Of a stretch of DNA of 64,000 nt, positions 29,331 to 38,039 are shown piece after piece. Both the position numbers and the translations under genes were made by a program. Where the stretch lies: assembly GCA_965202685.1 (NCBI GenBank), contig OZ241853.1, forward strand, positions 27,381 through 91,380, in the 5' to 3' direction. The notes below the pieces were generated by a model that had not been told where the DNA came from, searched no databases, and saw only the letters and a program-made list of their open reading frames with translations. This stretch comes from Gammaproteobacteria bacterium. GTDB taxonomy: Bacteria > Pseudomonadota > Gammaproteobacteria > Eutrophobiales > Eutrophobiaceae. The first letter of the stretch is position 1. Every line of letters begins with the position of its first letter.

Positions 29331-29400
29331 CCATTCTCATTGCCTCGAACGGGGGAAACGATGTAAAGTGCGTAATCGAACAACAAGGGGAGCCCAACTC

Positions 29401-29871
29401 ATGTCAAAAACCCATGCCGTGAAGACCATCCTGTTATGCCTCGCGCTGTCCGCGCCGTTTCACCTCGCCCTGGCGGACAACCATTACGGGCCCAAGGCGA
29501 TTGAGGCGCGGATCCAACTCGGCGACAGCGACGGCGCCAAGTCATTCGAGCCTAAGGAACTGACCTTCGAGCGGGGCAACTATTACAAGCTGATCATCAC
29601 CAACGCCAGTCCGGAAGAGCATTACTTCCACTCTGGCGGGTTCGCCACCCATATCTTCACCCGCAAGATCAGGGTGCGAGACGGGAAGGGCGAAGTCGTG
29701 GCGGAAGTCCACGGCGCCGTGAACGGCGTGGAACTGGTCCCCGGGGGCGTCGCCGAATGGTGGTTTTTTCCCATGACCAAGGGCGCAAACCTGAAACTGT
29801 ACTGCCCTATAGACGGACACGAAGAGGGCGGAATGGTGGGCAGCATCAACATCACCGGCTCCTTGAAGTGA
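29401..29871 (+). CDS. secreted cupredoxin-like copper protein
   Basis: ATG 29401 gives the signal peptide MSKTHAVKTILLCLALSAPFHLALA. The C-terminal LYCPIDGHEEGGM resembles a type-1 Cu Cys-His-Met ligand set. The track start at 29215 lies inside the repeat array. Confidence 0.65.
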   Translation: MSKTHAVKTILLCLALSAPFHLALADNHYGPKAIEARIQLGDSDGAKSFEPKELTFERGNYYKLIITNASPEEHYFHSGGFATHIFTRKIRVRDGKGEVVAEVHGAVNGVELVPGGVAEWWFFPMTKGANLKLYCPIDGHEEGGMVGSINITGSLK

Positions 29872-29904
29872 AACGCGGCGCCGCTGAGCCGGCCCCCCTG
29901 CTCC

Positions 29905-32079
29905 TCAACCGCCTCGGCGCCGTTTGAATTCCCGGCGCCGGGCGTACAGGACCCGCTCTGTGTAGCCGTTCGGCTCTTCCAAGCCGGTGAAGATCAGATC
30001 CAGGGCCGCCTGAAACGCGATGCTGTCGTCAAAGTTCGGGGCCATGTTGACATAGCGGGGGTCGTCGGCGTTCTGGTAATCCACCAGGGACGCCATTTTC
30101 TCGCATGCCGCCGCCACCTCCTCCCGCGTCGCCAGGCCATGGCGCAACCAGTTGGCGATGTGCTGGCTGGAAATGCGCAGGGTGGCCCGGTCTTCCATCA
30201 ACATGACATTGTTGAGGTCTGGCACCTTGGAACACCCCACCCCCTGCTGGATCCAGCGCGCCACATAGCCCAGCAGGCCCTGGACATTGTTTTCCAGCTC
30301 CGTCTTCACCGCCTGCTCGCTCAGGGCCCGGGGCCCTAACAGCGGCAGGGTCAGGAGATCCTCCAGGCGGGCGCGGCTCAGCCGATACAGCTCCCGCTGG
30401 CGGGTGCCGACATTGATCTGGTGGTAGTGCATGGCGTGCAAGGTGGCGGCCATGGGCGAGGGCACCCAAGCGCAGGTGGCGCCGGCCCGGGGGTGGTTCA
30501 CCTTCTGCTCCATCATGGCGGCCATGTTGTCTGGCTCAGACCACATGCCCTTGCCGATCTGCGCATGCCGGGGCAGGCCCGTCTCCATGCCTATGTCCAC
30601 ATTCCAGTCCTCATACGCCAACAACCACGGCGCGGTCTTCAGTTGCGCCTTGGGCAACATGGGGCCGGCCTCCATATTCGTGTGGATCTCGTCAGCGGTG
30701 CGGTCCAAAAAGCCGGTGTTGATGAAGATCACCCGGTTTCCCGCCTTGCGGATGCACTCCTTGAGGTTGAGCGTGGCGCGCCGCTCCTCATCCATAATGC
30801 CGATTTTGATGGTCAGCCGCTCCAGCCCCAGGGCGTCTTCCACCCGCTCAAACAACTCCACGGTGGCCGCCACCTCCTCCGGGCCGTGCAACTTGGGCTT
30901 GACGATGTAGATGGACCCCGCGGGGCTGTTCCTGAACCTGCCGTTGCCCAACAGATCGTGTTTCGCCGCCAACGCCGTCACCATGGCGTCAAGAAACCCC
31001 TCTGGCACCGGCGCGCCGCCAGCGGTCACGGCGTCCGTGTAGAGATGCAGGCCCACATTGCGCAACAGCATCAAGGCCCTCCCCGGCAAGGCGAAGGGTT
31101 TGCCATCCGGCGCCGTGTAGCGCCGGTCCTCCTCCAGGCGGCGCTGGAGGACTCCGTCGTCCTTGAACACCTTTCGGCTCAGGTCGCCCTTCATCAGTCC
31201 TAGCCAGTTCCGGTACACCCGCGTCTTGTCCTCCGCGTCAACGGCCGCCACCGAATCCTCGCAATCCATGATCACGCTGACCGCCGCCTCCAGTTGCACA
31301 TCATAGACGCCAGCCAGGTCGTTGCGCCCTATGTAGTAGCCTTCCCCCAAGCGAAACTCAATATGCAGAGCGTTGTGCCGCAACAGGATGCTGTCCGGCG
31401 ATTCCGGGTCCCCCGTGTAGCCGGCGAAACGCTCCCGTTTGCCCAAGCCATGCTCGCTGCCATCCCCCATCACGCCCACCAGCTGACCCGAGCGCACCTT
31501 GTATTGCGCCACATGATCATGGCTGCCCACGGCCATGGGGGTGGCGCGGTCCAGGAACTGGCGCGCGTAGCGGGTCACATCCCGGCCCCGCACCGGGTTG
31601 TATTTTCGGGCCCGCCCCCGCCCTTGGCTTTCGGGGATGACATCGGTGCTGTACAGCGCGTCGTAAAGGCTCCCCCAGCGGGCGTTGGCGGCGTTCAGCG
31701 CGTAACGGGGGTTGTCCACTGGCGCCACCAGCTGGGGGCCGGCGATGCGGGTGATCTCATCATCGGCGCCCGCGACGGCGACCTTGAAATCGCCGCCCTC
31801 GGGAACAAGATAGCCGATGTCCTGCAGGAACCGGCGCTGGGCCTCCGGATCATGTTCCGGATTGTCCCGGTGCCAGCTGTCGATCCGGGCCTGAAGCGCG
31901 TCTCGCCGGGCCAACAGGGCGCGGTTCTTGGGCCCCAGGTCGGCGACAATGCGGGCCAGGCCGGCCCAGAAGTCATCGGGGTTCACCCCCGTGTCCGGCG
32001 CGATCTCATCGCGCACCAGGTCATGCAAACCCTGGTCTATGGACAAACCATGCAATTCGACTCGCTCATTCATCGCCAC
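29905..32079 (-). CDS. glcB: malate synthase G
   Basis: 724 aa, the typical length, with strong similarity by eye over the full length (e.g. NTGFLDRTADEIHT, MEDRATLRISSQHIANW). Confidence 0.95.
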   Translation of the reverse strand: MAMNERVELHGLSIDQGLHDLVRDEIAPDTGVNPDDFWAGLARIVADLGPKNRALLARRDALQARIDSWHRDNPEHDPEAQRRFLQDIGYLVPEGGDFKVAVAGADDEITRIAGPQLVAPVDNPRYALNAANARWGSLYDALYSTDVIPESQGRGRARKYNPVRGRDVTRYARQFLDRATPMAVGSHDHVAQYKVRSGQLVGVMGDGSEHGLGKRERFAGYTGDPESPDSILLRHNALHIEFRLGEGYYIGRNDLAGVYDVQLEAAVSVIMDCEDSVAAVDAEDKTRVYRNWLGLMKGDLSRKVFKDDGVLQRRLEEDRRYTAPDGKPFALPGRALMLLRNVGLHLYTDAVTAGGAPVPEGFLDAMVTALAAKHDLLGNGRFRNSPAGSIYIVKPKLHGPEEVAATVELFERVEDALGLERLTIKIGIMDEERRATLNLKECIRKAGNRVIFINTGFLDRTADEIHTNMEAGPMLPKAQLKTAPWLLAYEDWNVDIGMETGLPRHAQIGKGMWSEPDNMAAMMEQKVNHPRAGATCAWVPSPMAATLHAMHYHQINVGTRQRELYRLSRARLEDLLTLPLLGPRALSEQAVKTELENNVQGLLGYVARWIQQGVGCSKVPDLNNVMLMEDRATLRISSQHIANWLRHGLATREEVAAACEKMASLVDYQNADDPRYVNMAPNFDDSIAFQAALDLIFTGLEEPNGYTERVLYARRREFKRRRGG

Positions 32080-32091
32080 CGCCCTCCGCTC

Positions 32092-33864
32092 TCACATTCG
32101 GTCAACCACTGGGACTCCCAACAAGGACAAGCCCAACTTGATCCGCCGCGCCACCGCCAAGCTCAAAACCAGTCGGGATTGTTTCACCGCCGCGTCCGCG
32201 GTCAGTATGGGGCAATGTTTCCAAAACTGGCTGTAGAGGCTCGCCAGCTCGTGCAAATAGCCGCAAAGGACATGGGCGGACAGTTTATTCTCGTAATCGG
32301 CGAAGAGTTCGGAAAAGGCCAGCAGACGCAACAGCAATTCCCGCTCCAGTTCGTGGGAGACGCGCAAGACCGGGTTGGACTCCAGCTCGCGGGGGGCGGC
32401 GCCGGCCTTGCTCATCAGGCTGGCGATGCGCACATGGCAATACATGATGTAGATGCCGGTGTTGCCCTGGCTGGCCAGCATTTGCTCCCAGTTGAAGGTG
32501 TAGTCCATTTCCGGGCGTTGCTTGAGGTCTGCGTACTTGAGCGCGGCGAGGGTCAGCCTCTCCGCCACCTCCTCCCGTTCGGCCTCGTCCAGCTCCGGGG
32601 CGCGCTCCAGGGACGCGCGCCGGTTGCGCTTCACCCCCTCGGCAAGCAAGTCCCTGATTTTCACCGTGCCGCCCTGGCGCGTCTTGAACCGCGTTTTCTT
32701 CACCGCGCCGCCCTCCTTCACCTCTTGCAGGACCACCCCGTAGCCCAAGTGCCTGAGTTCAACGGCGTCGCTCAGCCAGCCCGCCTTGCGGGCCAGGGCC
32801 TCGATCATCTGAAAATGCAACTGCTGCCCGCGGTCGGTCACGATGATGATCCGCTGCGCGCCCAGGCGGTTCACCCGGTGCCGCAACGCCGCCAGCTCGG
32901 TGGTGGCGTAATTGTAGCCCTCGTCGCTCTTCTGCACCAGCACCGGCAAGGGATCGCCGGCGACATTCCGAAAGCCCTCCAGGTAGGCGCATTTGGCGTT
33001 GTCGCTCTCCGTCAGGAGTCGCTTCGCTTCCAGTTCCGCCACCACCCGCGGCAGGTCCTCCCGGTAGGCGCTTTCCGGGCTGTCGTGAGATTCATCCAGG
33101 CTCACATTGAGCCGGCGGTAAAGTTCGTGGCAATTTTGCAGGGTCTTCTCCATCAGCAGGCCCCAAATCGCCAGGGCGTCCGGGTCCCCAGCCTGCAACA
33201 GATTGACCTCCGCGGCGGCCCGTCGCGCGAAATCCGCGTCCGTCTCCTTCAGTGCGGTGGCCGCGGCGTAGAGCCGCTCCACCTCTTCCAGAGACGCTGC
33301 CCGCATCTGTTGCAGATCGTCTCCGCAACGCTGCTTGATCATGGCCACCAAGACGCCGAAATTCGCCCCCCAGTCCCCGTAGTGGTTTTGCCGCAACACC
33401 TCATGGCCCAAAAACTCCAGGATCCGGGCGATGGAATCGCCGATCACCGTCGAGCGCAGAGTGCCTACATGCAGGTCTTTCGCCAAATTGGGGCTGGAAT
33501 AATCCACCACCACTCGCAGAGGGTTTGCCGTGAGGGGAACGCCGCAACGGGGATCCGCCAGCCCTTGCGCCGCTTCGCGGGCCAGCGCCGCGTCTTTAAC
33601 CCGGATGTTGATGAACCCCGCGCCAGCAACCGCGGCGGTTTCTATGGCTTCATTCTCTGGCAGGGCCTTGACGATGGCCGCCGCCGCGTCCCGGGGCGCC
33701 AACTTCTCCCCCTTGGCGATGTGGAAGGCAACATTGGACTGATAATCGCCGAACTTCCGCTCCCGGCACGGCGTCACCTGGCAGTCCGCGCCGGCGTGAG
33801 CGCTGGCGAAACAGGCCCGTGCCGCCTCCTCCAAAGCCTCTTTGATTGTATCCACCAGGGCCAT
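32092..33864 (-). CDS. argS: arginyl-tRNA synthetase
   Basis: 590 aa: VVDYSSPNLAKDLHVGTLRSTVIGD (HIGH region). The C-terminal anticodon-binding domain ends in VDRM. Confidence 0.95.
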   Translation of the reverse strand: MALVDTIKEALEEAARACFASAHAGADCQVTPCRERKFGDYQSNVAFHIAKGEKLAPRDAAAAIVKALPENEAIETAAVAGAGFINIRVKDAALAREAAQGLADPRCGVPLTANPLRVVVDYSSPNLAKDLHVGTLRSTVIGDSIARILEFLGHEVLRQNHYGDWGANFGVLVAMIKQRCGDDLQQMRAASLEEVERLYAAATALKETDADFARRAAAEVNLLQAGDPDALAIWGLLMEKTLQNCHELYRRLNVSLDESHDSPESAYREDLPRVVAELEAKRLLTESDNAKCAYLEGFRNVAGDPLPVLVQKSDEGYNYATTELAALRHRVNRLGAQRIIIVTDRGQQLHFQMIEALARKAGWLSDAVELRHLGYGVVLQEVKEGGAVKKTRFKTRQGGTVKIRDLLAEGVKRNRRASLERAPELDEAEREEVAERLTLAALKYADLKQRPEMDYTFNWEQMLASQGNTGIYIMYCHVRIASLMSKAGAAPRELESNPVLRVSHELERELLLRLLAFSELFADYENKLSAHVLCGYLHELASLYSQFWKHCPILTADAAVKQSRLVLSLAVARRIKLGLSLLGVPVVDRM

Positions 33865-33957
33865 GGCGGCATTCTCTCAAAATCATCCCTGCTTGTCAGC
33901 ACGGCCCCCGGCATGCATTGCCGCCCGCGGCGCGCGCCGGGCCGGGCCAGGACGGGA

Positions 33958-34125
33958 TTACCAACTCAGGCGATAGTCCAGGCCCGCCTGGGCCCGATGT
34001 TGGCCGGGAATGTGGTCGGCGTTGTGGGCGTAGCTGAGCTCAAGGGCCAGTTGGCCCTTGAACAGGGGCGGTCGTGTTGAACATGGCACCGCGGGGATAA
34101 TCGGGGCGTCCCGCCGCCGTTGCGG
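33958..34125 (-). pseudogene. remnant of the 3' end (beta-barrel C-terminus) of a third S8 autotransporter copy, with an internal ~0.2-kb deletion
   Basis: 33958-34079 aligns nearly base for base with 38040-38161 and 35321-35442 (ttacca(g/a)ctcaggcgatag...gttggcccttgaacagg). It then jumps to the segment homologous to ~38375-38420 (gttgaacatggc.ccgcg...ccgccgcc). The downstream unit cattgccgcccgcgg...gggccgggccagg is also conserved. Confidence 0.85.
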
Positions 34126-34129
34126 TTGG

Positions 34130-34660
34130 CGTCAATGCCGCCAGCAGGTCAGGCAATCAGGTAATCAAGCGAGCCGTCGCCATCCAGGTGCAAATCGCCC
34201 CACTGCAGGACATGGGGCTCGTCCGCTGTCAGCGCGATAGTGAAGTCGCCTGGTTCCCCGGTGACTTCCGCGCTGGTCACGCCATCCAGGCCCTCTAACG
34301 CCGCGTCCACCTAGGCCGCCGTGGCGCTGATGGGCAGGTCAGCGGTGATGGCATCGTCAAACCGCAGAAAGTAGGAGCCGCCATCCGCTTGATAGTACAG
34401 GTGGTAACTGGAACGGTGCAGGCTGTCATCGGACGCTGGCAGATCCACGCCGCCCCCGATGCTCAGATCCCCGGCGTCCAGGCGTCCGCTCGCGCCGCCC
34501 TCCCCTACAAAGGTGAAGTCGTCTATGGCAAGCGCCGCGTTGCCGAGATTAAGCAGGGTGATGGTGCCGCCGTCAGGCAGGGTGATTTTCCTGTTGTTCG
34601 TTACGCCAGCCCCATCCCAGTTCGAATCTATCAAACCGGAGAGCGTCAGCCCTTGAGACT
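34130..34660 (-). pseudogene. stop-interrupted coding remnant (unknown secreted passenger-like sequence)
   Basis: The 107-aa ORF 34311..34634 (ITLPDGGTITLLNLGNAALAIDDFTFVGEGG...) continues in frame after a stop as VDAALEGLDGVTSAEVTGEPGDFTIALTADEP.... No start context is visible. Confidence 0.35.
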
Positions 34661-34679
34661 CGAGATCGCGGGCCTGCCC

Positions 34680-34976
34680 TTACTCATCCGCCGGTGGGCC
34701 GGCGCCTTTCCCCTGGCGGGCCTGGGAGACAAGCCAATCGAGATTGACTTTTATAGTGGCAATGTCTTCTTTTATCTTGCCCATTGTTTCGTCGATGCGG
34801 TTAAATCGCTCGTCTATTTTCTTGTGCCTCTCGGCGCAATGCTTCTCGTGATCATCTACCCGGTCTTCAACCCGCTTCAATCGCGCCCAGACCTGGGACG
34901 CGTACCAAACGATGGCAATCCCCAGCACAACCGCGCTCGGGCCGCCCAACCATTCAGGGATAAAATCAAAATTCAT
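34680..34976 (-). CDS. small membrane-anchored coiled-coil protein (98 aa), unknown function
   Basis: MNFDFIPEWLGGPSAVVLGIAIVWYASQVW is a TM helix, followed by a charged helix (RLKRVEDRVDDHEKHCAERHKKIDERFNRIDETMGKIKEDIATIKVNL). It lies in an AT-richer patch. Confidence 0.55.
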   Translation of the reverse strand: MNFDFIPEWLGGPSAVVLGIAIVWYASQVWARLKRVEDRVDDHEKHCAERHKKIDERFNRIDETMGKIKEDIATIKVNLDWLVSQARQGKGAGPPADE

Positions 34977-35320
34977 GGCGTTATGTTACCTCGCATTGTT
35001 GCGCTTGCCCTTGTTCCTCATCTCAAGCCCGCGCTGAATCCTCGTTAGGGAGCATGTCAAACAGCTTGATGAGCGACATGCCAGCGCGAAATGCCTTCCC
35101 AGGGTCGCCCCTGGGCTTGTTTCTTCTCTCACTTTATTTTATCATGCCAGTCATTCTTGTCAAGCGCTTTTTCCCAATTTCCCCTCAAATCCCTGTCAAG
35201 TTATGCATATAATCCCCATCGTTAAATAGTCAATGGCGGACAAGTTGCATTCGCCCCTGGGCCGACCCTGCGACCATTGCCGCCCGCGGGGCCCGCAGGG
35301 CCGGGCCAGGGCGGGATGGA

Positions 35321-37858
35321 TTACCAGCTCAGGCGATAGCCCAGGCCCGCCTGGCTCCGATGTTGGCCGGGGATGTGGTCGGCGTTGTGGGCGTAGCTGA
35401 GCTCAATGGCCAGTTGACCCTTGAACAGGAGCCGATCGTGGCGCAACTGAAACCTAACCTCGCGGGTCTCAGGCCGCAAGGCGAAGCGCGCCTGCTCATA
35501 GCGCCAGTTCCCCGCCCGGTCCCGTCCCACGGCGTAGCGCAGGGTCCCGCGTCCGCTCTCGGCCCGCAAGGGCTGGCCGATGGACAGCCGCGTGCGCGTC
35601 TCCGAGCCGCGATGTTCCAGGGCCAGGGTCGCCGCCGAGTACAGCGAGCCGGTGGCGTTGAACATGGCGCCGCGAGCGTAATCCGGCTGCCCCGCCGCCA
35701 ACAAATAATCCAGATGCAACGCCACCCCGCCCGCTTGCGACAGCGGCCAGGCGTGTTCCCGCGCCACCCACGCCAGCTTGGAGTTCGCCGCCGCGCCAAA
35801 GGCCCCGGCCGGCCGGGATCCTTGGTTGGTCTGCGTCTCCACGATGACCCCCAAGCGCAACTGCTCCATCACCTCCCCGGAGAAACCAAAGGCGTGATAA
35901 TCCCTCTCTGCGGCAAAGCCGCTCTCGGGGAAGTCCGCGCGGAAACCGGCGGCATGAAAACCATCGCCCCACAGGGTCATGCGCAGACCCTGACCCTCTT
36001 CCCGCCCCTCCCCGGCCGCGCCGAACCAGCGCAGGTGGGACAGCAGGGCCCGCTGTTCAAACCCCTCGTCCCAACCTGGCACGGGCAAGATCGCCTGAGG
36101 CGCGGGGACGGTCGCGAACAAGCTCGCGGCCGGTTGCCAGAAGGGCGCGTTCCAGGCATCGAAGCCCGCCACTTCCTGCCCCGCCAAATGACGCCCGACG
36201 CGCCCCCAGGCTGGCGGCGTCGCCAGACGGGTGCGGTGGAGGCTGGCCTGCATGGCGGCGGTGCCGGTGCTGACCTCGCCCACCGGCGCGGTGGCGGCGT
36301 TCAGGTCCAACAAGCCGGCCCCATAGATGAGGGAATCGCTGTAGCGCCCCCTGTTGTTGGCGGTGTTGACCACCCGCAAGGCGACTTCCCGGTTGCTCAG
36401 CTGGCCGCGAAATCGCTCCATCACCAGGGCAAGGCTGCCAGCCACTAAGGGCGCGGCCACGGAAGTGCCGCCGCCCTGCCGATGAAAGTTGACATCCGCG
36501 TCATCCGGGTCTGTTTCAGGGTTGAAGTTTGGCGACGCCACCCTGAGCCCTGCCGGCGCGGTCAGACAATAGTGCCGGCCGTGGGCCTGCGGCTTCCAGT
36601 CGCCAGGAAGGGGGCCGCAGCGGTTGGAGTAGTAGGCGATTTGACCACCTTCAGCGGCCGCCACCGCCAGGTAGTGGCCTCGCACGACAGGCTCGCGCAC
36701 GGGCAGGGCGGCCCTAGGGTCGGGCCGATCCCGGGTGGAGTTGCCGATGGCCCACACCTCAATGGTTTTTTCCTGCGCGTCCCGCTGGGTGAAAGCGGCC
36801 CAGAATGCCGGGAAATCTCTCTTGTAAAGGGCCTCGTTGGTGAACTGCCAGTCCTGACCGGGGCTGCCTACGGAGAAGTTGATGATGTCGGAGTGGGACA
36901 GGAAGTCCCGGTACGCCGAGGCCTTGCTGGCGTCATCTCCTGTGAGGAAGGCGTTTCCAGCGAAGTGGATGCTCCTGAATTCTGCATCTAGTAGCGGACG
37001 GATGGTGGCTCCGGGGGCGATCCCGTAGCGCCAGCCAGCGGCCACGGAGGCCACAACAGTGCCGTGGTCGGGCTGGGAACGATAGCCTATGAAGATGCCT
37101 GTTATTTCTTCATAGTCGTATTGCCCGGGGAACGCATGCCAGCCATCGGCGTCTCGGCTGAGGTCCCGGATGAACCAGGTGTTGTATGCATCTGGAAAGC
37201 GTCGCTCCGATTCAATGATGCGATGGGCGTAGTGTTCAATTAGGGCCCGGTCGCCATCGGCATCGATCTCGAAGACGCGACACTCTGCGCCTTCCTCCCG
37301 GCAACCTGAGAAGGCCTCCGGCAGATTCTGAGGGAACTCCTCCGGAGCCCCACTAAAGGCGGCGCTGGGGATTTTGCGGACTATGAAGGTCCCTCGGCGT
37401 TGCACGCGCCCGGCGAACTCCGGGTGCAGGATGTCAACGCCGGTGTCAACTATGCCGATCCTGACCCCCCGGCCGCTGAGGCCGCGGGCGTAGGCGTGTT
37501 CGGCGTTGATGCCGTCCCAGCCTGTCACCTGCTGAAATTTGAAGTCGTCAAGGATTTGTTCCGGGGGTCCCCCGAAGGAAGGCAGGTAGAAGCTCAGCAG
37601 ATCCCGGAAGGCCTCGTCGGTCAAGCGCTCATCCGGCAGGATCAGATCGGCCGGCGCCCGGTAGTAGGTCGCGTTCTCAGGCAACAGCGTGTCCCCCGGC
37701 GTTGGGCCAGGGGCGGTTGTCAGGGGCGAGGGGACGGATTCGGGGGGCAACTCCGGGTAGGGCGAAGCGGCGAGAGGGGCAGGCCCCGCGGCCGTAAGCA
37801 GGAAAACCGCCAAGGTCAGAACAGCGCGACAGGCAAAATTTTTCGCATCACTATCCAC
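35321..37858 (-). CDS. S8 subtilisin-family serine protease autotransporter, copy 1
   Basis: Catalytic triad motifs RIGIVDTGVD (Asp), DHGTVVASVAAG (His) and GGGTSVAAPLVAG (Ser). A ~270-aa C-terminal beta-barrel ends in [11 protein letters not shown] 37858 gives [25 protein letters not shown], which aligns with the signal peptide of copy 2. The track start is 37966. Confidence 0.85.
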   Translation of the reverse strand: MDSDAKNFACRAVLTLAVFLLTAAGPAPLAASPYPELPPESVPSPLTTAPGPTPGDTLLPENATYYRAPADLILPDERLTDEAFRDLLSFYLPSFGGPPEQILDDFKFQQVTGWDGINAEHAYARGLSGRGVRIGIVDTGVDILHPEFAGRVQRRGTFIVRKIPSAAFSGAPEEFPQNLPEAFSGCREEGAECRVFEIDADGDRALIEHYAHRIIESERRFPDAYNTWFIRDLSRDADGWHAFPGQYDYEEITGIFIGYRSQPDHGTVVASVAAGWRYGIAPGATIRPLLDAEFRSIHFAGNAFLTGDDASKASAYRDFLSHSDIINFSVGSPGQDWQFTNEALYKRDFPAFWAAFTQRDAQEKTIEVWAIGNSTRDRPDPRAALPVREPVVRGHYLAVAAAEGGQIAYYSNRCGPLPGDWKPQAHGRHYCLTAPAGLRVASPNFNPETDPDDADVNFHRQGGGTSVAAPLVAGSLALVMERFRGQLSNREVALRVVNTANNRGRYSDSLIYGAGLLDLNAATAPVGEVSTGTAAMQASLHRTRLATPPAWGRVGRHLAGQEVAGFDAWNAPFWQPAASLFATVPAPQAILPVPGWDEGFEQRALLSHLRWFGAAGEGREEGQGLRMTLWGDGFHAAGFRADFPESGFAAERDYHAFGFSGEVMEQLRLGVIVETQTNQGSRPAGAFGAAANSKLAWVAREHAWPLSQAGGVALHLDYLLAAGQPDYARGAMFNATGSLYSAATLALEHRGSETRTRLSIGQPLRAESGRGTLRYAVGRDRAGNWRYEQARFALRPETREVRFQLRHDRLLFKGQLAIELSYAHNADHIPGQHRSQAGLGYRLSW

Positions 37859-38039
37859 AAGTCGGTTCCCGGCTTTGCGGCAACGCCGCGTTTGTTGACA
37901 AAAGCTTGCCTTGGCAAGGCGGCTTTCATAATGCGCCACAATCGTTAAATGGTCAATGGCGGACAAGTTGCATTCCCCCCTGGGCCGACCTTGCGACCAT
38001 TGCCGCCCGCGGCGCGCGCAGGGCCGGGCCAGGGCGGGA

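Noticed and set aside
31294-34080. 928-aa plus-strand ORF, the second-longest plus-strand ORF in the track
   Set aside because: It is antisense to two strongly supported genes (glcB and argS) and spans their intergenic gap. The translation is Arg/Gly/Pro/His/Ala-rich with no recognisable motif. This is a typical shadow ORF in high-GC DNA.
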